A stretch of 64,000 nt of DNA, from the NCBI GenBank assembly GCA_937127245.1, contig CAKZLU010000017.1:3452-67451 (forward strand), read 5' to 3'. This DNA comes from an uncultured Actinomycetes bacterium. Lineage in GTDB: Bacteria > Actinomycetota > Geothermincolia > Fen-727 > JACVIW01. Position 1 is the first letter of the stretch. Each line of letters opens with the position of its first letter. Shown piece by piece: positions 41,398 to 51,416 of this stretch. A program made the position numbers and the translations under genes. The notes beneath the pieces were generated by a model that was not told the DNA's origin, did not search any database, and saw only the letters and a program-made list of their open reading frames with translations.

Positions 41398-42308
41398 TGT
41401 CTTATTCTCCTGCCGGTGAGGCGCAAAAAGACATCCTCGAGGCTCGCTCTTTTTATCGTTACCTCTTTCAGCAAGCATCCCTTCTCGGTTGCCAGATCAA
41501 ATATTTCCATGAGCGCTTTTTGGGGAGAGTCAGTCCTGAGGGCATAAATACCCTCGTCTCGCTCAACGCCCTTAACCCCCGGCATCCTAAGTAGAATCTC
41601 ATCGTCCAGTGGAGGCTCAAGTCTGAAAAAAACTTTGCTCTCCGGCACGTAGTTGTTTATCAAGTCCCTTGGGGTTCCGGAGGCGATAATCTTACCGTGG
41701 TCCATTATCGCCACACGGTCACAGAGCTCCTCGGCTTCCTCCATGTAATGAGTTGTGATCACGACAGTCTTTCCCTTTACCCGAAGCTTTTCCACGATTT
41801 CCCACACGCGCCTTCGCGCCTGGGGGTCAAGGCCTGTGGTGGGTTCATCGAGGAATATGATTTCAGGGTCGTTGATGAGCGCAAGGGCAATCGAAAGTCG
41901 CTTCTGCTGACCCCCAGAAAGGGTCTCGACGAGCGCATCTTTCTTCTCATCCAACCCTACGGTCTTAAGCATTTCGAGGACGGAAGCGGTCCTCCTGTAG
42001 AATGACGCGAAAAGATTTAAGGTTTCCAAAACGGTGAGCCTGGGAAAAAGAGATGTGTCCTGAAGCTGAACACCGATTTTATCTTTCAATGCTCGGGCCT
42101 CTTTTCTCAGGTCCTTTCCCATGAGATAAATCTCTCCAGAATCCGGTTTACGCAGCGTCTCAATAATCTCAAGAGTTGTGGTCTTGCCAGCACCGTTGGG
42201 TCCAAGTATCCCGAAGACCTCGCTCTTTCGTACATCAAAGGAGACGCCGTCAACAGCGCGGACTTCGCCGTAGTATTTTCTCAAATCCCGGACTTCTATT
42301 TCAGACAT
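41394..42308 (-). CDS. ABC transporter ATP-binding protein
   Basis: Walker A GPNGAGKTT, ABC signature LSGGQQKRLSIA, Walker B IIFLDEPTTGLD. Confidence 0.9.
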   Translation of the reverse strand: MSEIEVRDLRKYYGEVRAVDGVSFDVRKSEVFGILGPNGAGKTTTLEIIETLRKPDSGEIYLMGKDLRKEARALKDKIGVQLQDTSLFPRLTVLETLNLFASFYRRTASVLEMLKTVGLDEKKDALVETLSGGQQKRLSIALALINDPEIIFLDEPTTGLDPQARRRVWEIVEKLRVKGKTVVITTHYMEEAEELCDRVAIMDHGKIIASGTPRDLINNYVPESKVFFRLEPPLDDEILLRMPGVKGVERDEGIYALRTDSPQKALMEIFDLATEKGCLLKEVTIKRASLEDVFLRLTGRRIRQ

Positions 42309-42432
42309 GGCGACCCTTCAAGTCGTCTGTATAACCTTTTACAGCGATTTGCCAAAAATACGAGAGGAAAAGCATTTAAAGAATATTAATAAAAGTTTGT
42401 TGAAACCGTCACATTCAACCATCCCGGGTAAA

Positions 42433-43521
42433 TCAAATAGAGCCATGCTTACTGCAAGAAACCTTGAGGGTGTCAGGTGTCGTGTCAGGCGCGGAATAAT
42501 CATACTCCCCTCCGGACGGACATGATGGAACATCCCCAATCTCGGAAAGATTATCTGGCAGATGCCCATTTGTATCGTAATATTCGATAAGTTTCTTTTT
42601 CAATAACGCCTGGTTCCTCCTGCAGGTTTCCCTATTCTGATCCTCAAGTACGCCGTACTTAGTACTTCTACTTCTGCACTCTTTGATAACGCTTTCGGCA
42701 AGATAAATTACCTTCTCTATATCATCTGCGCTCGAGGCTCTCTCAAGTTCCTCCTCCGCCTCCTCAACCTCCCGAGCAAGATCCTCCGCGCTGATCTTCT
42801 TTTCAATCAGTTTCCCGACTTCTGAATCAGCCTCAAGAATCTTTTGAAGAGCTTGTCTTCTTAACGCATCGATATCGTACTCACCTGAGGTCTTCTCTCC
42901 AACGTGAAACGTCAAATATCTGCTTTTTTTCACGGTTTCGCCGCCGCTTACTACCGACAGCACTACCTGAAGCCTAAAGGTTTCCCCCGCGCTTCCTTCA
43001 ATGCGGAGATCCGCTTCGTAAACTTGGACCGCATCGCTTGATTCAACTCTTTGGGACGTCCTCCAGCACCTGTTGCCTTTAGCGTCAATAACAAGGACGT
43101 CAAGCCTCGATCTCCCCCCTTTTTCAAACCGCGCAAGGCAGCGCACTTTGGCAGTCAGGTACTTCCCCAAAGGGATATTATCAAGGCTTAATGGGTTTCC
43201 CTGGCTGTCAGTCAGGGCAACCCCCTTTATGTCACAGCGCAATCCTCGGGAAACAACCGAGTGCCAAAGAAGCACTCCCACGGTCAACCCCACAACCGCC
43301 ACAAGGCTTACCACCAGGATTGTCAGATAAAGCCACTTCTTGTTTGCCGCCTGTGCTGGCGCAATGCGTTCGCGCGTCTCGCGTCCCATCCGGGTACCGC
43401 CGCCTGCTGAATAATCCCGAGCGCCAGCGCTCGGATTTTGTAAGGGAGCAACAGGCGTGCCGCATGTCCCGCAGTAAAAAGAATCATCAGGAATCTCTCT
43501 TCCGCATCCCGAACACTTCAT
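42433..43521 (-). CDS. membrane protein: N-terminal double zinc-ribbon, one TM helix, extracytoplasmic domain ending in a pseudopilin-like motif
   Basis: Sequence opens MKCSGCGREIPDDSFYCGTCG and has a TM at ~aa 60-85. The C-terminus CRRNQALLKKKLIEYYDTNGHLPDNLSEIG...SCPSGGEYDY...VSCSKHG is shared with the ORF at 43773-44159. Confidence 0.55.
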   Translation of the reverse strand: MKCSGCGREIPDDSFYCGTCGTPVAPLQNPSAGARDYSAGGGTRMGRETRERIAPAQAANKKWLYLTILVVSLVAVVGLTVGVLLWHSVVSRGLRCDIKGVALTDSQGNPLSLDNIPLGKYLTAKVRCLARFEKGGRSRLDVLVIDAKGNRCWRTSQRVESSDAVQVYEADLRIEGSAGETFRLQVVLSVVSGGETVKKSRYLTFHVGEKTSGEYDIDALRRQALQKILEADSEVGKLIEKKISAEDLAREVEEAEEELERASSADDIEKVIYLAESVIKECRSRSTKYGVLEDQNRETCRRNQALLKKKLIEYYDTNGHLPDNLSEIGDVPSCPSGGEYDYSAPDTTPDTLKVSCSKHGSI

Positions 43522-43772
43522 TCTTTATTCTCCGCGGATTTCCCCGAAAATCATGTGATTGCCCATGAACCTTAACGGGCATATTAGAGCTTGAATTTCC
43601 CGGGCCAGAACCGAAAGGAAGTTTCGCCATAATCGGCATAAATATGAAGCACTCAAAAATCACCTGCTGGAAGTAGGTTAGAAACGATAAGATGCCATTA
43701 TGCTACGAAATCAACCTTACCCGCAAGCAATGTGTCCCCCGCCACTTTTCAGCAAGCGCTTTTCACAACCAC

Positions 43773-44159
43773 CTACTTAGGAATGCCGTGTTTCGAGCAT
43801 TTCACCTGCGGGGGATCGCCGGGAATCCATATGTATTTACCGCCCTCAGGGCAGCTGCCCATAGTACCTGCAAGGTATGGCACTTTTTTAAGGTCCTCAA
43901 GGCTCTTCGGGTATTCCCCTTTTTCCTCCTTGTACGCTTTTATTGCCCCATCAATCGAGCGCTGATTCATGTAGCATATTTCTTCGGGCGACAGTTTAGC
44001 GCCCTTCCTGCCACAACTACCCGAAAAAAGCGCAAGGACAGCGACCGAAATCATACAGGCAATCGTAAACAGTGCCGCGACCTCTCTGCGCCTGACAAGC
44101 ATCTTCATCACCCCGCAAGACCTCACCGACAACGCTGAAACTCGATACTTAAATACCAC
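43773..44159 (-). CDS. small membrane-anchored protein with a pseudopilin-like C-terminal motif
   Basis: Probable start MKMLVRRREVAALFTIACMISVAVLALFSG (internal Met; signal/anchor). C-terminus AIKAYKEEKGEYPKSLEDLKKV...SCPEGGKYIWIPGDPPQVKCSKHG. Confidence 0.5.
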   Translation of the reverse strand: MVFKYRVSALSVRSCGVMKMLVRRREVAALFTIACMISVAVLALFSGSCGRKGAKLSPEEICYMNQRSIDGAIKAYKEEKGEYPKSLEDLKKVPYLAGTMGSCPEGGKYIWIPGDPPQVKCSKHGIPK

Positions 44160-44455
44160 CGACCGTATACTTTTTTCTAAAACCTCTATTTCCTTTAACG
44201 AAAAATATTATCCTACAATGATTATCCCACAATGGCGGATTGCTGATTTGAGCTTGAAATCAAAGTAGCCCTTACTTTGAAAAGTGAATACCCATGGTAA
44301 ATTTTTGTCCTTTTAAAAAGCCGATTCCATAAGGCTTGAATTCTCTCACTCTTTCGCCATAAGAGCTCCCTCCACTTCTACAGCGCATTTCTCAATTAAA
44401 ACGGTGAAGGAAGCCTCTCGCGCTTTCTTGCAATAAAAAGGTTAGCGGGGACTCT

Positions 44456-45112
44456 TTGAGTAATAAGATAATGAACGAGCTCAAGACAGCGGAAAAACTG
44501 AGGCACTATCGTAATCTACTCACCGCTTTGGAGGTGACCGAAATGGCATCAAGGATGGGAAGGAAATACGCCTCAATAATCATTACGCTTTTTGCCATTG
44601 TGGTTATTCTCATTATCCCGGTAACGGCTCAACCTTTCGGTCGTGAGTTTACCTCAAGTCTTTCCTCGGTTCCCGTCCGCACTCGACAAGAAAAGGCAGA
44701 GGAATGGAAGGAGCGCGTACGTCAGCGCGTTACTTTGATAATCCAACGATATGAGGCAAACAAAACGCGACACATAGAAAACTACAATCGAATTAAGGAG
44801 AAATTGAAGCAAATCGTTTCCGAGATCGAAAAATTGGGCCTGGACGTATCGAAACTGCGCGAATCCTGTCAGAAACTCGAAGAGATGATACTTATTTGCG
44901 CCAAGGATTATGAGACCTTCATCGCAAAACTAAGAGAGATACTAAACCTTGGACCTCAGGAGCCGGCATACAAATACAGGCAGATCATATCGGAGGCGAG
45001 GGCTCTTTTCAAAATATTCAGGGCTAACCTAAGGCAAGTTCGCACGTTTTTCAAGACGAACATCCATCCAGAAATCATTCGTCTCAGAAACGAAATTTCC
45101 TCAGGCGCTTAG
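44456..45112 (+). CDS. hypothetical membrane-anchored coiled-coil protein
   Basis: 218 aa with one TM helix followed by a charged helical region. No motifs. Confidence 0.4.
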   Translation: MSNKIMNELKTAEKLRHYRNLLTALEVTEMASRMGRKYASIIITLFAIVVILIIPVTAQPFGREFTSSLSSVPVRTRQEKAEEWKERVRQRVTLIIQRYEANKTRHIENYNRIKEKLKQIVSEIEKLGLDVSKLRESCQKLEEMILICAKDYETFIAKLREILNLGPQEPAYKYRQIISEARALFKIFRANLRQVRTFFKTNIHPEIIRLRNEISSGA

Positions 45113-45164
45113 AAACAATCTTGAGGAGCGTGACAGACGGGAATAAGATCAGAGGAGGAGACGG

Positions 45165-45467
45165 ATGGGCGATAAAAGAAAAGCCTCAGGTTTGCTTCAA
45201 TCCATTATTTCATTTTTGATTCTTACGGCGCTCCTTTTCGGAGTGTGCTTCCTTCTTTCCTCTTGCAGGAAATCCAGCGCGCCAGGGGACTTAGGCGAAG
45301 GAAAGAAAGCGGAAAGGGACGCGTCTTCAGAAAAAATAAAAAGCGCTGAGACTATCGAGAAATTAGACGAGATCGTGCGTGACATAGACAATGTGCTTAA
45401 TGGTTTGAACGAAAACGATTTCAGCGAAAACGATCTTGTCGAAATTGAGTCGGAAATAGGTAGGTAG
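45165..45467 (+). CDS. small putative lipoprotein
   Basis: 100 aa with a hydrophobic N-terminus ending LLSSC (lipobox-like), then a charged tail. Confidence 0.35.
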   Translation: MGDKRKASGLLQSIISFLILTALLFGVCFLLSSCRKSSAPGDLGEGKKAERDASSEKIKSAETIEKLDEIVRDIDNVLNGLNENDFSENDLVEIESEIGR

Positions 45468-45643
45468 GGGCTTTACTGATTTAGCTTGAACAATAATTTT
45501 TACGTTTGTTGAGCCCAATCTTTTTTTGCGCTTTTGCCTGCCGCCTCCGCTATCTGTCCTTTCCCTGTCGTCTTAATATAAATGCTCTTTGAAGTAGGTT
45601 ATCTCGAAAAAGTGACGTATGAGTTTGCCACTTCCTTTGTGCC

Positions 45644-46537
45644 TTAAAATAGATGCTCTTTCAAAAAACGCGACTCTATCTCAACCACTTTTTCAAACGC
45701 GTCCCCCCAGTAAACGTCAAAATGACCCACGGGAAGCGTGACCAGTTGCGCGCCTTTTATCATTCCCGCCATCCTCTTCACCGCATCGGCTGGAATGAGC
45801 GTGTCTTTCTCCGCGCACACAATAAGGGCGGAGCATGAAATTTTTGGTGCGCTTCTTACCGGTCTGTATGTTGAGGCGGTGAACAATATCCGAGCGGGAC
45901 ATTTGTTCTCCCAGGATGAACCCTCAGGAACAATGGACATGTAGCCGTCGTAGGAATCCGCCGTGTTCATTACAGCCAGCTCATCTGGTTTCCCCACCAC
46001 GGGTACGTAATGCGGTTCGCGGAAGGTGAGCATTCTTACAATGTCGCGGAGCCCCTCGGGAAGCGCTTTCAACAGAAAACGGGCTCCCAAAAGGCGCGCC
46101 GTGGCGAAACCATCCACGAAGGGAACCTGTGAGACGACCGCTGATATGCCTGGGACTCTTGAAGCCGTCACGAGCACGTGACCCCCGCTGAAAGAACTAC
46201 CCCAGAGGGCTATCCTACCGCCGTCAATCTCTTTTAGAATTTTTACGTACTGTACCGCGGATTCCCAGTCTTGCAAGTGCCTTCTCGGGCTGACCAGGTT
46301 TCTCGGTTCTCCCTCGCTGTCGCCAAAATTGCGGTAGTCAAAAACAAAAGCTGCGATTCCTTCTGAGGCGAACCGTTCGGCGAAAGCCTCCAGCCTGAAA
46401 GTGCGCTCCGCAGCGAAACCGTGCGCCATTACGACAACCGGAGGTTTCTCTTTTGAATCCGGCAGATAGAGCCACCCGGCACACATTAACCCACCGCTTA
46501 AGAAATTGTAGTCAATCCTTCTCATCCCGACCTCCAC
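45644..46537 (-). CDS. alpha/beta hydrolase (dienelactone hydrolase / BAAT-like)
   Basis: Nucleophile elbow GSSFSGG and an alpha/beta-hydrolase length and pattern. Confidence 0.75.
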   Translation of the reverse strand: MEVGMRRIDYNFLSGGLMCAGWLYLPDSKEKPPVVVMAHGFAAERTFRLEAFAERFASEGIAAFVFDYRNFGDSEGEPRNLVSPRRHLQDWESAVQYVKILKEIDGGRIALWGSSFSGGHVLVTASRVPGISAVVSQVPFVDGFATARLLGARFLLKALPEGLRDIVRMLTFREPHYVPVVGKPDELAVMNTADSYDGYMSIVPEGSSWENKCPARILFTASTYRPVRSAPKISCSALIVCAEKDTLIPADAVKRMAGMIKGAQLVTLPVGHFDVYWGDAFEKVVEIESRFLKEHLF

Positions 46538-46743
46538 TCTTTTTGGAGGGAAATTCCCACAGTCTCAGAACTCTGCGCGAAATCAAACCAGTATCGTGCG
46601 CTAACCCAATTAGTGAATCTTTAAATCCGCAAATTTATCACTAGGGGATTGGACATATTATAGTATTTTTTTAACATATTTATTGGCGGCATCATTTGTG
46701 TTTTATTTGGAAAGATCCAATCCTTGAGCTAAAGGGGGTTCAT

Positions 46744-47154
46744 ATGGCTAAACTTACCGAGGTTGTTGATTCTTTTTTAAATGAGATGGGAATCGATCCC
46801 CGAAAATGCACAAACAGCGCTTTCCCTTTCTGTCGCTTTCTTAAAGTTGAAAACGCTGAGATGGTTGTAATCGCTCGGGAAGACCCCGGACTCGGGAGAA
46901 CCCTCGGTTTCGTGGGAAAGTTGGATGATTACACGCCAAAAGAACCGGAAAGATATTACCGCGAGCTTCTCATGCTCAACTTCGAGCTCATACACGGCGC
47001 ATTTGCGATCGACAGAAAGACAAACAAAGTGGTGGTGATAGACAACCTCCAGGCTGACCATATCGACTTTGACGAATTCTACGCCTCGGTAAGAAGGGTA
47101 CTCGAGGTAGCCTCTAGGTATAACATGAAGGTTAAGGAGGGTTACTTTGATTGA
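46744..47154 (+). CDS. YbjN-like / T3SS-chaperone-like small protein
   Basis: About 136 aa from MAKLTEVVDSFL. Pattern LLMLNFELIHGAFAIDRKTNKVVVIDNL is typical of the YbjN putative sensory-transduction-regulator fold. Confidence 0.45.
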   Translation: MAKLTEVVDSFLNEMGIDPRKCTNSAFPFCRFLKVENAEMVVIAREDPGLGRTLGFVGKLDDYTPKEPERYYRELLMLNFELIHGAFAIDRKTNKVVVIDNLQADHIDFDEFYASVRRVLEVASRYNMKVKEGYFD

Positions 47155-48208
47155 CATCGGACCGATTAAGCCAGCCGCGGGGAAGGCAAAGGATTTCGAG
47201 GACTTAATCAAGAGCGCAAGGGTCATGCTTTGCTCGCCTTACGGCGAATGCGATATTCCACATGAAAACATTGGTGCGTTTGTCAATAGAATAGAAACGC
47301 TTCCCGTTAAACCAGCATTCGAAGCCGAATTATGCTCGGATTCAACGGAATCGTGCTGGAGCCAGTTGGTCAAAATCTATGACGCTTTGCTCGGTAAACA
47401 CATAGAGCGCTTGCTTGAAGAGATTTCTTCAGTCCATAGAAAAATTCTCGACACCATTATCCTGGAACATGGGATCAAAAGCGATTCCCTCCAAGATGAT
47501 ACCATTGCCTGCCTGCGCGCGGCTTTTTATCTTCTGCGCATAAAAAAAGAATGCCTAAATCGGCATCAAGTTGACCAGGCTTGTATAGCGATAGAAGCTT
47601 TCAAGGGACTCGAAATTGAGATAAAGCAGAAGCTGAAGCCACGTATCGAGGAGCGTTACGACCTTCTTAGGCAATCGGTCAACATAATCACTGAAGAAGG
47701 GAAAGTTGACGATATTGTGGATCACTTACACAAAAATAATTTTTTAAACGTAAAAGAGGGGATGATCAAACCAGTCACTTCCGTCATCGATGACATAAGA
47801 AGCGGGCTTGAGGCCCGAAAAATTACAGAGGGTATGTTCAAGTGCGCATTGATTCTTGCCCTTTTCGGGCATGAATACACATATAAATCGAGTCTCACGG
47901 GCATGCCTATCGCGATTTCCAACCCGCTTGGATGTGAATTAACAAACCCTGAAGGAAAGAAGATATCATGGATATGCAGGAAATTTTGTTCGCTTCAAAA
48001 GATGCGAAACGAGCTCGTTCACGAAAAAACTTACGTGCCTACCAAATCCAGAGTGGAGAAAGTTAACGAAATCGTGACGGACTGCATAGAGGTGCTATCC
48101 GTCCTACAGGATTTGAAGTTCATACCCTTTGAGCCCAAGGGCTCCCCCTCGTCTCGCAGTAAAGAGGTCACCTCTGACAAGACGAATGTTTCGGGGCGGA
48201 AAGAGTGA
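47147..48208 (+). CDS. hypothetical protein with a C-terminal HEPN-like R-x4-H motif; translationally coupled to the upstream gene
   Basis: TTG start at 47147 overlaps the upstream stop by 8 nt, with AAGGAGGG 6 nt upstream. The C-terminal MRNELVHEKTY...VEKVNEIVTDCIEVLSVLQDL matches the HEPN R[ND]xxxH signature followed by a terminal helix. Confidence 0.5.
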   Translation: MIDIGPIKPAAGKAKDFEDLIKSARVMLCSPYGECDIPHENIGAFVNRIETLPVKPAFEAELCSDSTESCWSQLVKIYDALLGKHIERLLEEISSVHRKILDTIILEHGIKSDSLQDDTIACLRAAFYLLRIKKECLNRHQVDQACIAIEAFKGLEIEIKQKLKPRIEERYDLLRQSVNIITEEGKVDDIVDHLHKNNFLNVKEGMIKPVTSVIDDIRSGLEARKITEGMFKCALILALFGHEYTYKSSLTGMPIAISNPLGCELTNPEGKKISWICRKFCSLQKMRNELVHEKTYVPTKSRVEKVNEIVTDCIEVLSVLQDLKFIPFEPKGSPSSRSKEVTSDKTNVSGRKE

Positions 48209-48336
48209 CTGCGTGGAAAACTTATTAATCTTTTCAAGGCGACTACCGTCAAAGGTTTCTCACGTTCTCCTTGGTTCTGTTAGTATTAAACAACAGGAAT
48301 TGGAAAAGGTCCGGTCTTTTATGGTCCCTTGCGCAA

Positions 48337-48978
48337 ATGAGCCATCAAGATTTCGTTATCAGACCGTTCGAACCTGAAAAAGACCTCGAAGCCGCATACA
48401 AATGCTATGTCAGCGGATTCTATCACTGCCTATGGCCGCTCATCGATCACGCTGAAAAGAGGTTCACTCATGAAATCATACTCATGTCACATGCGATTTC
48501 CGACGTTTCTCTCATCGCAGAGGCGGACGGCGAGGCCCGCGGTATCCTCATGGGATTTTTCCCGCGTGAACTAAAATCCCTCCTGAGGGCAGCCCTGCAT
48601 TCAATAGCTTTCAACGTGCAGGTTTTACTAAGAAAGTACAAAATGAGTCCTTTCGCCAAAGCAGCGTACTGGCAGGGCATTCGCGGAGACCTTTCAAATA
48701 TATTGCACGGAACTGAATCGGTTGCGGAGGTTCTACTTCTGACCTCGCAGAAGGATTACCGGAAAGGTATCGGCACGGCGCTGATGGATGCCTGGGTAGA
48801 GGAGGTTAGAAAGCGCGGTTACAAAAAGACGACTCTCTGCACCGACTCCACCGTAAACTGGAGGTTTTACGAGAAGTACGGTTTTAAAAGAATAGCAGAA
48901 TACCCTTTGAAATCATTCTATTACGCGCTTCCCGGGGTGGATGTTACCGGCTACAGATATGTTCTTGAACTCGATTAG
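48337..48978 (+). CDS. GNAT family N-acetyltransferase
   Basis: Sequence is RKGIGTALMDAWVEEVRKRGYKKTTLCTDSTVNWRFYEKYGFKRI (acetyl-CoA binding motif A region). The frame opens at 48271. Confidence 0.7.
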   Translation: MSHQDFVIRPFEPEKDLEAAYKCYVSGFYHCLWPLIDHAEKRFTHEIILMSHAISDVSLIAEADGEARGILMGFFPRELKSLLRAALHSIAFNVQVLLRKYKMSPFAKAAYWQGIRGDLSNILHGTESVAEVLLLTSQKDYRKGIGTALMDAWVEEVRKRGYKKTTLCTDSTVNWRFYEKYGFKRIAEYPLKSFYYALPGVDVTGYRYVLELD

Positions 48979-49052
48979 GAAAATCGCGGAAAACTTAGTT
49001 GAAAACTGAAATATTTGCCTGATGCAAGCTGCACAGATGACAGGAGGACGAG

Positions 49053-49964
49053 ATGGTTCAGGTTGACATTTTTTGGTCCTACGCTATCGGCTCCAGTTTC
49101 GCGCTTTCCGCTTTCCGCCAGTTAAGAAAAATCACGCGGGAAAATCCGCCGAAAACTAATGATTTCAACTGGCGGGATTTCAGACGCATGGTGCGCGAAA
49201 TTGAGCATGGGGGCGCTGCATTCCACAATCCGTACTTCCTTAAAACGCTTCTATTCCTTTCTCTTCTCTTCGTGCCATCAGGCGCGGTGCTACTATGGTC
49301 AAACCCCGAATGGGAAACGATGCAGGTCGGTCGCTACGAGACCATTCCGGGATGGCTTGTGGGAGCCTTCACCATAACTAACGTGACCCAGGGGATTTTA
49401 GGATACTGGGTCACATACAACCTCCTTATGAAAGGAAAGTATTTCAGAGCCGCTCTTCAAGTGGTTCTCTCTTATTTTGGTTTCTGGTTCATACTGGTAA
49501 ACGGGTGGGATAAGACCGGTTACAGGCGTTTCTTTTCCAGGTCAAGAGGAGAGTTTGAAAACTGGCGTCCGTCAAACGTTTTCAGGTGGCTTTCAAGTGA
49601 CGTGGTAAGAATCCTTTTGTTCTTCGGAATAGGCTTTATACCGCTGATGCTTTACTGGACATCAAAGTGGTTAATGGAGGGCGCTATAAACAAAGGAATA
49701 ATTGAGCCGCTTACCCCAGCAGAGCGAAAAAGTAGGATGCTGAAAATTTCCGGAAAGCTTCTCGGAGCGGTCGCGGGAACCACTCTCGGGCTTGCCATCT
49801 GCTCAACCGCGCTCATAAGAAAGCTTGGGTGGGTAGCGGGGACAGCCGCCTCTGCGGCGTTCATTTACGCAGTCGTATTTCGAGACGGTAGCCTTGCTCG
49901 CAGGCTGACAGAGGAAATCATGATGGTCGACACCCTCGAAGTGCCCTGCGTGCTGGAAGGCTAA
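49053..49964 (+). CDS. hypothetical multi-pass membrane protein
   Basis: 303 aa with at least 6 hydrophobic helices. No motifs. Confidence 0.5.
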   Translation: MVQVDIFWSYAIGSSFALSAFRQLRKITRENPPKTNDFNWRDFRRMVREIEHGGAAFHNPYFLKTLLFLSLLFVPSGAVLLWSNPEWETMQVGRYETIPGWLVGAFTITNVTQGILGYWVTYNLLMKGKYFRAALQVVLSYFGFWFILVNGWDKTGYRRFFSRSRGEFENWRPSNVFRWLSSDVVRILLFFGIGFIPLMLYWTSKWLMEGAINKGIIEPLTPAERKSRMLKISGKLLGAVAGTTLGLAICSTALIRKLGWVAGTAASAAFIYAVVFRDGSLARRLTEEIMMVDTLEVPCVLEG

Positions 49965-50063
49965 CTCTTAAGGCGGAATTACACGTGATAAGCCCTTTTT
50001 CTCTTGAAAAAAAGCAAGTTAGGATTCCAGCGGTCGAACCTTATCGGTGGCGGTCCTTTCTGG

Positions 50064-51416
50064 TTAAGAGCGAATGACCCCCAAAAGCTCTTTAACCTTT
50101 TCATCAAGCAACTCTTTTGCCTTGGCTTCCACATTCAAACGGATAAGCGGCTCGGTGTTTGAAGGGCGCACATTAAACCACCAGTCCTCATAAGAGACCG
50201 TAATTCCGTCAATGTGGTCTATTTTTCCATCGGAATACCGCTCCTCAATTTCGGCAAGTTTGGCGGGAATATTGTCCACCCTACTGTTTATCTCACCCGA
50301 GGCAAAGTATTTCTTGAAAGGCTTCAATATTTCCGAAAGAGGCTTGCCCTCCACACTTATAATCTCAAGCACCATCACAGCCGCGATAAGCCCGGAATCC
50401 GCGTTGTAATTGTCCCTGAAGTAATAATGTCCGCTGTGCTCACCCGCAAAAATAGCCCCTGTCTGAAGCATTGTTTGCTTAATAAATGAATGCCCAACTC
50501 TCTCCCTTATTGGTATTCCGCCTTTCGCTTCAATGGTCTCGGGCACGGTCCAGCTGTTTATCGCGTTGTAGATTACTTTCTCTCCCGGGTTCTTTTCAAG
50601 AATTCTGTTTATGAGTATCGCATTGGTGAGTGACCCGCTTATCGGTTCGCCATGGTCGTCAACCAGAAATACCCTGTCGGCGTCTCCGTCAAAAGCCATC
50701 CCCAAATCAGCGTTATTCTCTTTCACCCACGCCGAAAGAAGCTTTATGTTCTCCGGATCAATCGGGTTGGGTTGATGATGAGGGAATGAGCCGTCAAGCT
50801 CAAAGCAGTAACCGACCAGTTCGCACGGTAGCTTTTCAAAAATCGCGGGAACTATCATGCCCGCCATGCCGTTGCCCGCGTCAACAACCACCTTCAAAGG
50901 TCGAATTGACCCAATGTCTATAAATCCAAGGACGTGCTCGACGTAGCGCTCAAGCATTGGCTCTTCCAAGCGTGAGCCACGCCTTGATGGTTTTGGAAAC
51001 TTTCCCTTAAGGGTCATATCCCTTATCTGTCCGAGACCAGTGTCAATGCTTATCGGTCTTGCGAGCCTGCGGCAGAACTTTGCACCGTTGTATTCCTTTG
51101 GATTGTGAGAGGCGGTAAACATCACGCCTGGAAGATTAAGAACGCCAGACGCAAAATAGAGCATATCAGTTGAGCAAAGCCCGACGTCGACGACATCCGC
51201 GCCCTGCTGGAGCGCGCCATCTATGAAAGCCCCTGAAAGCGCCGGTGAAGAAAGACGCATGTCCCTGCCAACCACGATCTTGTCCTCGCGCAGAAACGCG
51301 ACAAACGCCCTGCCCACACTCCTCATGATTTCCTCATTCACCTCATCAGGGTATATGCCTCTAATGTCGTACGCTTTGAATACCCCCGGATCAATCTCCC
51401 TCATATCCTCGCTCAT
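50064..51416 (-). CDS. phosphoglucomutase/phosphomannomutase
   Basis: Active-site Ser loop FTASHNPKEYNG, metal-binding DGDADR and a four-domain PGM/PMM layout. Confidence 0.85.
   Translation of the reverse strand: MSEDMREIDPGVFKAYDIRGIYPDEVNEEIMRSVGRAFVAFLREDKIVVGRDMRLSSPALSGAFIDGALQQGADVVDVGLCSTDMLYFASGVLNLPGVMFTASHNPKEYNGAKFCRRLARPISIDTGLGQIRDMTLKGKFPKPSRRGSRLEEPMLERYVEHVLGFIDIGSIRPLKVVVDAGNGMAGMIVPAIFEKLPCELVGYCFELDGSFPHHQPNPIDPENIKLLSAWVKENNADLGMAFDGDADRVFLVDDHGEPISGSLTNAILINRILEKNPGEKVIYNAINSWTVPETIEAKGGIPIRERVGHSFIKQTMLQTGAIFAGEHSGHYYFRDNYNADSGLIAAVMVLEIISVEGKPLSEILKPFKKYFASGEINSRVDNIPAKLAEIEERYSDGKIDHIDGITVSYEDWWFNVRPSNTEPLIRLNVEAKAKELLDEKVKELLGVIRS

Noticed and set aside
40889-41419. 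176-aa ORF on the plus strand
   Set aside because: It is antisense to the ABC-2 permease. Ser/Thr/Leu-rich with no start context.
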